A stretch of 64,000 nt of DNA from a virus: positions 4,460-68,459 of the IMG/VR virus record IMGVR_UViG_3300021419_000004; one strand, 5' to 3'. A model generated the notes under the pieces. It was not told the DNA's origin. It ran no database searches and saw only the letters and a list, made by a program, of their open reading frames with translations. Shown piece by piece: positions 9,610 through 18,440 of the stretch (the stretch's first letter is position 1; each line of letters starts with the position of its first letter). Position numbers and translations under genes: made by a program.

Positions 9610-10202
9610 AGCAGCTCCCGAGGGCAGTCCTGGCCGGACCGCTCCGCGTTCAGGCGTGCGGCCCGGGTCGTGATGATCTCGAGCTGCTGCTGCCGGTACT
9701 GGATCAGCTTCTCCAGGCAGGCAGGGCAGGTGACCTTGGTGTCATCGCGGGACAGCAGGCGATCGGGGACGTTGCGCTGCAGGCAGGCGGCGCCAGCACC
9801 CTCGACCACGAAGTTCTGCCGCAAGGGGCTGTAGGTGGGGATGGAGGGGTCCCAGTGCACTGGCGGCGCTCCTCGCAAGCCGGTCTCCCAGCGGCAGCGG
9901 TACTCGCCATACATCAACGAGAGCACCCGCGCCACAACCAAGGCTCCCCACTCCTCGGGGTTGTTGGTGTAGAGGCCGGCGGCCGCGCGCTTGAGCTCCC
10001 ACACGGAGGCCCAGGTCGCGGCGCTCACCCCGGCTGTGTTGACCAGCAGCGGCGAGCCCTCTTCATCGGAGCCCTTCCAGGCATCGTGCTTCTCGTCCCC
10101 CAACAGCGCCACCTGGACGCTGTACTGGTTCAGGACGCGGGCATCACAGACGAAGCGATCCGGCATTGCGGCGCGGATGGTTTCGAGGGCCTTGGGCTTC
10201 AT
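9606..10202 (-). CDS. Hypothetical protein with CxxC (VTCPAC)
   Basis: Start MKPKALE after GGAG; ATGA overlap. Confidence 0.65.
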   Translation of the reverse strand: MKPKALETIRAAMPDRFVCDARVLNQYSVQVALLGDEKHDAWKGSDEEGSPLLVNTAGVSAATWASVWELKRAAAGLYTNNPEEWGALVVARVLSLMYGEYRCRWETGLRGAPPVHWDPSIPTYSPLRQNFVVEGAGAACLQRNVPDRLLSRDDTKVTCPACLEKLIQYRQQQLEIITTRAARLNAERSGQDCPRELL

Positions 10203-10690
10203 GGGGTCTCCTGGGCGCTTGCAGCGCTGGTGAGGGCGTCGAGGGAGTTGAGGAGGTCCTTCTGCTCTTGCGTGCCCCACTTCATCACCAGACGACGGCG
10301 GAGCCCATCATGCAATGGGGAGTTGACGCGGACGAACGTAGGCTTGTTGTGGAGGATTGCACCCCGAGCCAGTACATCCGTTGCGTAGAAGGAGCTGTTG
10401 CCGCAGTGGCCACAGGGATGGGAGTCGAGGGCGAAGCGATGATGGAGCCGCAGGCACTCCGTGCAGACCGTCACCTTGCGCATGCCCAGCCACAGATCGC
10501 AGCCCGGCACCTGCATCAGCAGTTCTTGATCCTGCTCTCGGAGGATCTCCAGGCGCTTTGCCTCCTGGGGGCTTGGGCGGCGCAGCGTGCGCGTAGCCCA
10601 ACGCCCCCACAAGAGGAGCCGCTGCCGCTGATCACGGAGCGCCCAGCCGGCGGCGAGGCCGAAGAGGGCTGCCGCCAGCACCTCAAGCAT
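10199..10690 (-). CDS. Membrane-anchored zinc-finger protein
   Basis: N-terminal TM, CTEC...CGHC. Confidence 0.65.
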   Translation of the reverse strand: MLEVLAAALFGLAAGWALRDQRQRLLLWGRWATRTLRRPSPQEAKRLEILREQDQELLMQVPGCDLWLGMRKVTVCTECLRLHHRFALDSHPCGHCGNSSFYATDVLARGAILHNKPTFVRVNSPLHDGLRRRLVMKWGTQEQKDLLNSLDALTSAASAQETP

Positions 10691-11096
10691 CGACAGCACC
10701 GAGGGTCTCGAAGGATTCGATCTCGGAGGGTGTGAAGCCCCAGACCATATCACCCCAGGCGGGGTCATTGACGCGGACGTAGGCGCCATCCGGGCACATG
10801 GCCCAGACGGTCCCCTCCTTCACGGTGACAGGCGGGGAGGTCTTGCCGAGGATCAGCCGGACACGACGGTTCAGGATGGACTGCGCCAGCTCCAGCGGGC
10901 AGCCTCCAGATGCGACAGACACAGCCAGGCGGAGCTGATCATCGGGCGCGCCTTGGGGGAGGCTCAGCGCCTTCACGTGTCCCCGCTTGTATCGAAGCGT
11001 GGCTGTGCCGTCCGGCTCCCGGGTGAGCTCCGCAGAGGCCGTCTGCAGCAGCTTCTCCATGCGGTCACGCACGCGCTTGCGCGTCTTCGCGTTCAT
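10683..11096 (-). CDS. Hypothetical protein (first gene of a unit)
   Basis: GACACGGAGA leader, promoter upstream. Confidence 0.7.
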   Translation of the reverse strand: MNAKTRKRVRDRMEKLLQTASAELTREPDGTATLRYKRGHVKALSLPQGAPDDQLRLAVSVASGGCPLELAQSILNRRVRLILGKTSPPVTVKEGTVWAMCPDGAYVRVNDPAWGDMVWGFTPSEIESFETLGAVDA

Positions 11097-11138
11097 CGGT
11101 CTCTCCGTGTCGCGGCCCGCAGGCCAGGTGTCGGTGAT

Positions 11139-11167
11139 CTACTACCTGCCATCTGGCAGGGTGTCAA
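11139..11167 (-). promoter_or_regulatory. sigma70-type promoter TTGACA-N17-TAGTAG with operator CCTGCCATCTGGCAGG (11145-11160) in the spacer
   Basis: Direct reading. Confidence 0.75.
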
Positions 11168-11178
11168 GTGGGTGATCG

Positions 11179-11508
11179 CTACGAGATCCGCTTGGCTCTA
11201 TGGAAGGCCCGGCTTGTGTGGTGGCCTGCAGGTGCCGGATGATTCAGGTCCCAGTCAGAAGGGGGCCATTCAGCCCCGAAGCAGCCGTTGGCGGGATCCC
11301 GAGGGGCATGAGAGCTCACCCAAAAGCCAGTGAAGTAGACCCGCCGCACCGCTCCGCAGCGCTCCACGGCCACCACCATGTGCTCTCCAGTGACTGCAGC
11401 CCGCTGCATGTGCGGTTCGTCCACCGCCTCTGCAAACTCGAACTCCCATACCTGCCCCACCTCCGCATCGAGGATGTCGTCTCTCCAGTCACTCTCGGTC
11501 TTGGCCAT
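11179..11508 (-). CDS. Hypothetical protein
   Basis: AAGGAGG RBS before MAKTES. Confidence 0.7.
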   Translation of the reverse strand: MAKTESDWRDDILDAEVGQVWEFEFAEAVDEPHMQRAAVTGEHMVVAVERCGAVRRVYFTGFWVSSHAPRDPANGCFGAEWPPSDWDLNHPAPAGHHTSRAFHRAKRIS

Positions 11509-11563
11509 GAGGGCCTCCTTTGTCGAAATCGTCAAGTTCGGTGAAAGGCCCGCAGCCTCACGC

Positions 11564-13423
11564 CTACACATGCGCACTGTCCTCCACGCCCAGCAGCTCC
11601 AACAGCTCACTCGCCAGGGCCTCGGGGTCGGGGACACCGCCGGACAGGCGATCGCTCAGATCACCCGCATCCTTGCCATCCTCGCTCATGGCCTGCACGT
11701 CCGGGAGCTTCTCGAGCATGATGGCGCTCAGGCGCTCATCGATGGTGCCCTCGGCCACAGCGTAGATCACCGAGTGTGGGCGATCCTTGCCCAGGCGCTG
11801 GCCGCGGCCCTCGACCTGGAAGACCTGGCGCGGTGTGAAGGGGAGCTGGGTGATGACCTGGATGTCCAGATCCTGTAGGTCGATGGACTCTCCCCAAGCG
11901 TCCGTGGTCACCACGAGGATGCAGGGGCCCGGATGGTCCATGAACTGCCGGCGCTTGGCGTCCCGCACCTCGCCGCTGTCCTCACCGGTGGACTCGTAGA
12001 CATCGATGGCCGGCCTGCTCTTGGTGCCTTTGAACTGGGAGCGGAAGCGCTTGGCCCAGTCGGACACGTCGCGCTTGCGGCCGCAGAACACGGCCACCTT
12101 GCCCTTGCCGGTCTCCACCCAGTCGTTCATCATCCCCTGCACCCAGGGGCGCTTGCGGGCGGCAGCCTCGATGAGGCGCGCCTCCATGCGGGACTGGCGA
12201 CCCAGCTTCTGGGCGGCCTTGATCATCGACTTGACCGCAGCCGGCTTGCACTGATCCTCGACAGCGACAGTTGCCACGATTCGCATCATCGGAGGAAGCT
12301 CGGCGTCCACCACGGACCGCGGGACTTCGTGCACCAGCATGGAGCGGCGCTGGAAGAGCTCAGGTGTGTAGGGGCGGGCCTGGGCGCGGATGTTTGGGTT
12401 GTCCGGTACCATGCCGTACTCGCCTTGGTAGGCCAGGCCGTAGCGCTTGGCGAAGTCCCAGAAGCTCCCCCAGCCGAAAGGGTCCAGCAGGTCGAGCTGG
12501 CCCCACCAGTCGGTGAGCCTGTCCGCGGTCGGCGTAGCCGTCGTTCCGATGCGTCGAGCTGCTGCGCGGGAGAGCTGCATGGCGGCGGCTACCCGGTTGT
12601 CCTTCGGTGCCCACTGCTCGGTCTCGCGGAGCACACCGCGCTCATCGCGCTCGACCTTCACCACCTTCTCCCAGCGACCCTTGCTCTTGCCGATGTGCAG
12701 CTCATCGAAGATGACATTGAGCGGCATCTTGCGGGCCAGGGAGATCAGGATCGGGAGCTCGGTCTTGAGCTGGTCCCAGCTCATCACGATGACGGGCCGG
12801 GTCCTCCAGCCCCACAGCTCCTCAGGCCCCCAGCCCTCCAGCGGGCGCGCCTCGAGGCGGCACCACTCCAGGTACTGGGTCAGGGATTGCCAGCGGTCCT
12901 TCTTGCGGCGGGCGCTCTCGGGCTTGCAGTTGAAGGGCGTCCACCGGCTGATGGCTGCGAAGTCCCGGACGTGCTTGGGACGAGGAGCGGAGCGCGTGAG
13001 TTCCACGATGGCACCCTGCCGCATCGCTGCTGCCAGAAACCCGGTCCAGGTCTTGCCGGAGCCAGCTGGATGGTAGAAGAGGGCCCCAGGACGTTCGTAG
13101 GCCCAGGCCGGTGCCTCGCGCTGCCAGCTTCGGAGCTTGTCCAAGATGCCGGGCGACCACTGGGCATGCCATTGCGGGGCGGAGATGGGAGGAGGCAGCA
13201 GGCGGCCGGCCACGCCACGCTTGGTGTAGCCGATGCGGTAGTAGTTGAGGTAGTGCTCAGCCACCGCGGTTGCGTTGGCAGGCACGCTCAGGGCTGCAGC
13301 GCCGAAGCGGCGGAGTCCTGGGACCAGTAGCAGCTCAGCGTCCTCCGCTGGAGTCGGGCGCCTGTTGAGGACGAAGGTCTGAGACCACCGGGCGGGGCTG
13401 TAGGTGGTCTGGCGGATGGTCAC
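11564..13423 (-). CDS. SNF2-family (SF2) helicase/ATPase
   Basis: HPAGSGKT, IFDELH, TTATP, GESIDLQ, QVEGRGQRLG. Confidence 0.9.
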   Translation of the reverse strand: MTIRQTTYSPARWSQTFVLNRRPTPAEDAELLLVPGLRRFGAAALSVPANATAVAEHYLNYYRIGYTKRGVAGRLLPPPISAPQWHAQWSPGILDKLRSWQREAPAWAYERPGALFYHPAGSGKTWTGFLAAAMRQGAIVELTRSAPRPKHVRDFAAISRWTPFNCKPESARRKKDRWQSLTQYLEWCRLEARPLEGWGPEELWGWRTRPVIVMSWDQLKTELPILISLARKMPLNVIFDELHIGKSKGRWEKVVKVERDERGVLRETEQWAPKDNRVAAAMQLSRAAARRIGTTATPTADRLTDWWGQLDLLDPFGWGSFWDFAKRYGLAYQGEYGMVPDNPNIRAQARPYTPELFQRRSMLVHEVPRSVVDAELPPMMRIVATVAVEDQCKPAAVKSMIKAAQKLGRQSRMEARLIEAAARKRPWVQGMMNDWVETGKGKVAVFCGRKRDVSDWAKRFRSQFKGTKSRPAIDVYESTGEDSGEVRDAKRRQFMDHPGPCILVVTTDAWGESIDLQDLDIQVITQLPFTPRQVFQVEGRGQRLGKDRPHSVIYAVAEGTIDERLSAIMLEKLPDVQAMSEDGKDAGDLSDRLSGGVPDPEALASELLELLGVEDSAHV

Positions 13424-13550
13424 TGGACACGCCTCCACGCGAGGACGATCATGTGACCAGCGCCTGCAGCAGACAGGCTGCACAACAGTAGAGTCAGGAT
13501 CGGGTGAGCGGCCAGGAAGGCGCCTATCTGTTCAGTCATCGCATGCGCTC

Positions 13551-14099
13551 CTAAGCAGCCTGAGTGAGCTTCTTCCGCCGCAGACTCCCAACGTGCAGAG
13601 CGGTCATGCGGAGGGCTTCGGCGTACACCCAGGGAGCCCCGTCGAGCAAGGGCGCGCGGGTGCTTGCATCGCTCCAGATGCTGTTGATGCCGGGCACCTG
13701 CACACAGAACTGGGAGTCAGGGGCCTCGCTGAACTTGATGCGGCGGTTCGGGCCGTCCAGGTCCCACATGCCCCGATACGTCCAGGTCAGGCGCAGTGGG
13801 TCCCGGCCCAGGCCGAAGACGCCGCCCAGGTACTGGAGCGCGGCCATGCGGGAGACATCGTAGTTGAGGTCCAGCAGGAGGCCCTGCTCCCAGACCGGAT
13901 GGCGCTTGTGGTTCCACAGGACCCGCACCCTGCCGCCCCCTTGAACTTCGGTGACGATGCCCCTGTGCGCGGCACTGGGCTGCTGTGGAAGACGCGCCCG
14001 GGCCCCAGGCTGCCACAGCCCCGAGATCCAGCCAGGGAGGGTCAGGTCATTGTAGTAGCGACCGGCGGTGTTGTTGTCGGCGGACGTGTCGCTGCTCAC
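13551..14099 (-). CDS. Hypothetical protein
   Basis: GTGA overlap with upstream gene. Confidence 0.6.
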   Translation of the reverse strand: MSSDTSADNNTAGRYYNDLTLPGWISGLWQPGARARLPQQPSAAHRGIVTEVQGGGRVRVLWNHKRHPVWEQGLLLDLNYDVSRMAALQYLGGVFGLGRDPLRLTWTYRGMWDLDGPNRRIKFSEAPDSQFCVQVPGINSIWSDASTRAPLLDGAPWVYAEALRMTALHVGSLRRKKLTQAA

Positions 14100-14419
14100 A
14101 GTGCACCTCGCACCACGAACCCGGACGCTTCGGCGATGGCCAAAGCCCGATCCAGAGTCAGGTTCTCCAGAGGATGAGACATCGCGGCCTCCCAGCTCCA
14201 CATGACTTGGTTGACGAAGGCGGGCATGGGTGTGCGGTGGGTCTTCGACAGCTCGATGGCCGTGCAGCGGTCCCAGTGGAAGTCCGCCCTCAGGAACTCG
14301 AAGTCCCCGGAACCGACGATCAGGTGGGTGGCTCCCATACCCAGCTGAATGGCGACGCACACACCCTGAGGACACGGGGGCTCGAGAGGGGCGTCTGGCG
14401 CCCAGGTTGAGACGGTCAT
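14096..14419 (-). CDS. Hypothetical protein
   Basis: Coupled ORF. Confidence 0.6.
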   Translation of the reverse strand: MTVSTWAPDAPLEPPCPQGVCVAIQLGMGATHLIVGSGDFEFLRADFHWDRCTAIELSKTHRTPMPAFVNQVMWSWEAAMSHPLENLTLDRALAIAEASGFVVRGAL

Positions 14420-14829
14420 GGACTGTCCTCGGTGTCAGCGGTGTCAGCGGTGTCGTCGGTGTCGGTGTCGGTGTTGTGGACGATCCAGGTGATCACCTCA
14501 GCCATCGTCATCGGCTTCACCAGCCATGGCGCGTTGGCTTCCCAGGGGAAGGCCATCCCGCCCGAAGGCGTGTAGCCGGTCGCGTTGCCGACGCTGTAGC
14601 CGGGCAGCAGCGCAGCCCCCCAGCCGGTCGCGTAGTTCTTGCCGTCGTAGGCCCAGCGGATCACGAAGGCGTGGACCCGAGAGCCCCTGCACTTCCGCAG
14701 CTTGGTGAGGGCCTGGCGCACCTGCCGGCGTGTGTAGGGCGGATCCTCAGTGATGACGGAGACTGGAGGCAGGCTCCACAGCCACCGGCCAGCACGTCTG
14801 ACGATCTTCTGGGCGGTGCGGCGGTTCAT
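14416..14829 (-). CDS. Hypothetical protein, paralog of 25140-25409
   Basis: NRRTAQKIV, YTRRQVRQAL and FPWE shared; DT-repeat tail. Confidence 0.7.
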   Translation of the reverse strand: MNRRTAQKIVRRAGRWLWSLPPVSVITEDPPYTRRQVRQALTKLRKCRGSRVHAFVIRWAYDGKNYATGWGAALLPGYSVGNATGYTPSGGMAFPWEANAPWLVKPMTMAEVITWIVHNTDTDTDDTADTADTEDSP

Positions 14830-14981
14830 GGCGCGCCACCACCCAGGCAGCCCCACACCACCACCAGGGCGAGCCAGCCGAGCCCCAGCCCGCCGGCAGC
14901 GGACAGCAGGAAGCGGGCAGGGGTGCGGCCGTAGAGCCAGTCAGCGGGCGAGGTCAACCACGCGATGAGGAGGGTGATCAC
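14826..14981 (-). CDS. Small membrane protein (51 aa, not in ORF track)
   Basis: MITLLIAWLTSPADWLYG...LGWLALVVVWGCLGGGAP; 4-nt overlaps both sides. Confidence 0.6.
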   Translation of the reverse strand: MITLLIAWLTSPADWLYGRTPARFLLSAAGGLGLGWLALVVVWGCLGGGAP

Positions 14982-15652
14982 TGGTCGTCTCCCCCGGCGG
15001 GGGGAGCGTCTTCGTCAACCTTGATGCTCCAGCCCGCAGGCATGCCGCCAGCGGCCAGTAGCTCCCAGTGGGAGCGGACATCGGGATGCGCGTCGCGGGC
15101 GTCGTCTGCAAGCAACTTGGATGCCTCAGACCGGAGCCACACAGCGGTGGAGGGGTCCAGGCGCTGAGGGCCCAGTCGGTCCAGATACTGGGGATAGAGG
15201 GCTTGCATGTAGTCCACGATCTTGAAGGGGCCCTTTAGGACGTTCCACTCAGCGAGGAACCGGAGGCCAACGTGGCTCGCTTGGAAGCCGGAGATGCCTT
15301 GCTGCCGAGAAGCCGCCCAGGCAGCTGCCAGGGTACAGGCGGTGCAGGCATGGACGGCCGTGCCATAGTCGTGCTGGTAGGCAGTCAGCAGGCGGTCCAT
15401 GAACGCCTCCAGGCGGGCGATCTCCATCTTCCGGGCCTCCTTCATCCAAGCCTCTCGGATGACCTCGAAGCCGTCCTCCTTCTCCGAGAGCTGCGGCATC
15501 GGCACTGGGTTGAGCTGACGCCCCGCCAAGCTGATGATCTTGCCAGTGTCGGGGCCCGTGAGGATCACCGCGCGGAGGTCGTTGGCGGGACTCACCAGGG
15601 CAGTTGCGGGACGGCCTCCCGGCCCGCGAACATACAGGAACTTCTTACTCAC
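14978..15652 (-). CDS. Hypothetical phage protein
   Basis: HDYGT...GISGFQAS...LYPQY motifs; CACGGAGA leader. Confidence 0.75.
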   Translation of the reverse strand: MSKKFLYVRGPGGRPATALVSPANDLRAVILTGPDTGKIISLAGRQLNPVPMPQLSEKEDGFEVIREAWMKEARKMEIARLEAFMDRLLTAYQHDYGTAVHACTACTLAAAWAASRQQGISGFQASHVGLRFLAEWNVLKGPFKIVDYMQALYPQYLDRLGPQRLDPSTAVWLRSEASKLLADDARDAHPDVRSHWELLAAGGMPAGWSIKVDEDAPPAGGDDQ

Positions 15653-15713
15653 GCTATCTCCGTGCCTGTGTCAGGTGCGGCGTCTACCGCGTGCCGGTGT
15701 CATCGGCTTTGGA

Positions 15714-15743
15714 TCTCTACCCTGCCAAGTGGCCGGCCGTCAA
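15714..15743 (-). promoter_or_regulatory. Promoter TTGACG with operator variant CCTGCCAAGTGGCCGG (15721-15736) in the spacer
   Basis: Same layout as 11139-11167. Confidence 0.65.
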
Positions 15744-15762
15744 GAGGGTGATCGGGCTCGGA

Positions 15763-16002
15763 TCACCCCAGCCCCCACTCCTTCATCTCCAGCTTGTGCA
15801 AGGCCCACTTCACCCGCCTGTGCCGGTTCTCCTGGGTCTTGCTGCGGTACTTCCCGTAGGGCTCCCCCGAGAAGATGTCGTAGCAGATGTGCTGGTGCTT
15901 CTTGACGAGCTCCAGGCGCCTGGCCTTCTCGGCCGGGGAGAGCTCTACGGCCTGACGGCGGTCGAAGAGGCGACGGTACTTGCGTCGCTGGCGGGCGTTC
16001 AT
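15763..16002 (-). CDS. Small basic protein
   Basis: ATGA overlap with the sigma gene. Confidence 0.6.
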   Translation of the reverse strand: MNARQRRKYRRLFDRRQAVELSPAEKARRLELVKKHQHICYDIFSGEPYGKYRSKTQENRHRRVKWALHKLEMKEWGLG

Positions 16003-17270
16003 GGCAGCCTTCCCGTCAAAGTGTATCCGTCGGGCCTCAGGGTCACCTCGGTGACGTTGGCGGCCTCCATCAAGGGGATGAGCGCGCGGAGAGCATCCCG
16101 CAGGGCTGCGTGCGGGTCACTGGGTACTTCCTGGGGCTGCGGTGCGGATGGTGCGGTCTGCGTGTCCTCAGGCACCACGGACGGTGCAGGCGCAGGAACC
16201 GCAGCCGAAGCCGGGCCCCCAAGAGGCGCCAGGCCGGCCTTGGCGCGTGCGGCGTTGAATCCCTCAAGGTCTCCCACCTTCGGGATCGTCTTCCCGGGCC
16301 CGCCTACCACACCCAGCAAGGCGCGGACCTCGCGGACGTAGTAGCGTGATGAGGTCTCCCCGAACTTCAACCCGGGATGGGCTGCCGCTGCTTTCTGGGC
16401 AACCATCTGGCCAGCTTCCCGGGTGCTCAGGGTGGGATCGCGGAGGATCATGTCGTACAAGGTGGTCTTCACCCACAAGGTAGGGACGCATCCCTCCCGA
16501 TGCCTGGAGGTGCCGAAGAGATGAGCTGCATGGTGTTCAGGCACTGGAGGCCTCCGGGGGGCAAGAACGGGTTGTGGTCTCGGGTCTTGGTGCGACCGTG
16601 CTGTGAGGCGGGCGACCGCGGATCTCTTGATCTGGGAGATGCGAGGCTCGGAGACTCCAAGCATGGCTCCCACTTCCAGCATGGTCTTCCCATCGAGGAG
16701 CTCGAGCATGACCCTCCGCTCCTGGTCAGGGAGGCGGGCCACCAGTCCCCGGACGCGGCGGATGTCCACGAGGCGGTCCACGTCCACCGGAGGCGCGGGA
16801 AGGGCCTGGGCCAGGAGGGTCGAGCCCTCACGGTCGGAGATGGGCTGAGAGGTGCTGGTCTCCTCAACCTTCTGTCCTCGGTGGCGGAGCTGGTGGAACT
16901 CGTCCACGGACAGCTCCAAGGCCTCCGCCATCTCAGCATCACTCGGAGTCCTGCCCAGCTGCTGGGTCAGACCGGCGCGGGCCTGTCCGAGCGTGCGGCT
17001 CCGCTCGTAGGTGAGTCGGGAAGTCGGAGAGGATCTGCGCAAGAAGTCGATGGCGGCGCCCTGGAGGCGCTTGCCTACGTAGGCCTCAAGGCCCGGGTCG
17101 CTGAGGTCGGCTCCGTCCAGGATTTCTACCAGAGCCAGCATGACCGCGCCCTCGACCTCCTCTACAGGGACTGGTGCCTGCTTCCCATAGCGCCAGGCGA
17201 TGGCCTTGGCTTTGGGCAGCAGGGCCACAATGACCGCATCACGGTGGAGATCCGGCCGAGGCGCAGTCAT
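15999..17270 (-). CDS. FliA/WhiG (sigma-28)-like sigma factor with C-terminal extension
   Basis: KRLQGAAIDFLR, QLGRTPSDAEMAEALE, LPDQER...TMLEVGAMLGVSEPRISQI. Confidence 0.88.
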   Translation of the reverse strand: MTAPRPDLHRDAVIVALLPKAKAIAWRYGKQAPVPVEEVEGAVMLALVEILDGADLSDPGLEAYVGKRLQGAAIDFLRRSSPTSRLTYERSRTLGQARAGLTQQLGRTPSDAEMAEALELSVDEFHQLRHRGQKVEETSTSQPISDREGSTLLAQALPAPPVDVDRLVDIRRVRGLVARLPDQERRVMLELLDGKTMLEVGAMLGVSEPRISQIKRSAVARLTARSHQDPRPQPVLAPRRPPVPEHHAAHLFGTSRHREGCVPTLWVKTTLYDMILRDPTLSTREAGQMVAQKAAAAHPGLKFGETSSRYYVREVRALLGVVGGPGKTIPKVGDLEGFNAARAKAGLAPLGGPASAAVPAPAPSVVPEDTQTAPSAPQPQEVPSDPHAALRDALRALIPLMEAANVTEVTLRPDGYTLTGRLP

Positions 17271-17650
17271 GGCGCCACGCGCTGCTTGGTGGTCTTCAGC
17301 CTGGCACGAGCCTCCTTCAAGGGAACCCGACGGGCGCGGCAGCGGGACACGTGCGCCCGGATGGCCGCCACGTCTGCGCCCTTCTTCTCCAGCTCGCGGT
17401 ACCAGGAGCGCAGGCTCATGTTCTTCTTGGCACTGTTGCAGCTGTAGCAGCAGGTCACGAGGTTCCTGGCGTCGTTGGAGCCGCCCTGCTTGCGGGGCTT
17501 GCAGTGGTCCAGGGTCAGGACTGTCTGAGTAGCGTGGGCTCCGCAGTAGACGCAGCGCATGCCGTCCCGCAGATAGATGGCCCAGCGCTTGTCTTTGCGG
17601 ATCCAGCGAGACCCCTGGCCCCGGTTGCCCCCTTTGCCTCTACTGGCCAT
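17267..17650 (-). CDS. HNH endonuclease
   Basis: RDGMRCVYCG...TLDH..P...GGSN...NLVTCCYSCN. Confidence 0.92.
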   Translation of the reverse strand: MASRGKGGNRGQGSRWIRKDKRWAIYLRDGMRCVYCGAHATQTVLTLDHCKPRKQGGSNDARNLVTCCYSCNSAKKNMSLRSWYRELEKKGADVAAIRAHVSRCRARRVPLKEARARLKTTKQRVAP

Positions 17651-17948
17651 CGTTCCCCTGATCTCCTCCCAGCAGCGCCTCATCATCCGTCGAGATCCAG
17701 CCCTTGTGGATAGGGTCGCCGTGCCTGAACTGCCTGGGCCACTCCGCCACGAGGACGTAGCCGCCCGGTTCGGGTCCTTGGAGGTACTCCCCCACCAGCA
17801 GGTGGGTGGCCTTGTCCAGGCGTCCTCGCGTTGCCAAGGCACCCTTCACCCAATGCTCCCGCAACTCGTCCGTCAGCGGGGTCAGCGTCACCTTGCTGCC
17901 CTCGGTCCAGGCCCACTTGCGGCCATCGATGTCTTTGATCTCGTACAT
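17640..17948 (-). CDS. Hypothetical protein
   Basis: GAGGACGAC RBS. Confidence 0.65.
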   Translation of the reverse strand: MYEIKDIDGRKWAWTEGSKVTLTPLTDELREHWVKGALATRGRLDKATHLLVGEYLQGPEPGGYVLVAEWPRQFRHGDPIHKGWISTDDEALLGGDQGNDGQ

Positions 17949-17987
17949 GTCGTCGTCCTCTCAGTGTCAGTACAGCATCTGCCGCTG

Positions 17988-18440
17988 TCAATCCTCGTGT
18001 GTCTTCTCCACGAGAGCGGCTATCACCCCCTTGAGCGATCCTACCTTAGGGCGCGTCGGTGTTTTGACTTCTAACCGATACAGAGGGTACGAGCGTTGCC
18101 GGGGTTTTGGAGGGTGATCAGACACTCTGATTGTCCCCAAACTACCTAAGTGGAAGTAGGCTGAGCATGATGATCGGGAAAGCTGGTAGCGAAACGTGAG
18201 TCCTTCCCGAACGAGGGCCTGCCTGACCTTGGTTATAGTCTGGTCCACACGGCGTTTAACGATCTCCCGGGTCCGGTAGGACAGGGCATAGGAGCGGGGA
18301 TCTGCCTGCCCCTTTAGTTTGCTGATCCACCGTTTGATCGACGCGGGGTTCGCCAAGTGCACTACTCGGATCTCATCCACGTAAATCCAAACCCAACGGC
18401 CGTCAGTGGGTACCGCCTTGATTCGAGGCTCATGATCCAT
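17988..18440 (-). CDS. Hypothetical protein of lower GC
   Basis: S.SAY...IRVSDH motif; more A/T-ending codons than neighbours. Confidence 0.6.
   Translation of the reverse strand: MDHEPRIKAVPTDGRWVWIYVDEIRVVHLANPASIKRWISKLKGQADPRSYALSYRTREIVKRRVDQTITKVRQALVREGLTFRYQLSRSSCSAYFHLGSLGTIRVSDHPPKPRQRSYPLYRLEVKTPTRPKVGSLKGVIAALVEKTHED

Noticed and set aside
14430-14476. GGTGTC-type tandem repeat as a DNA element
   Set aside because: Encodes a low-complexity DT/DTA tail of the CDS
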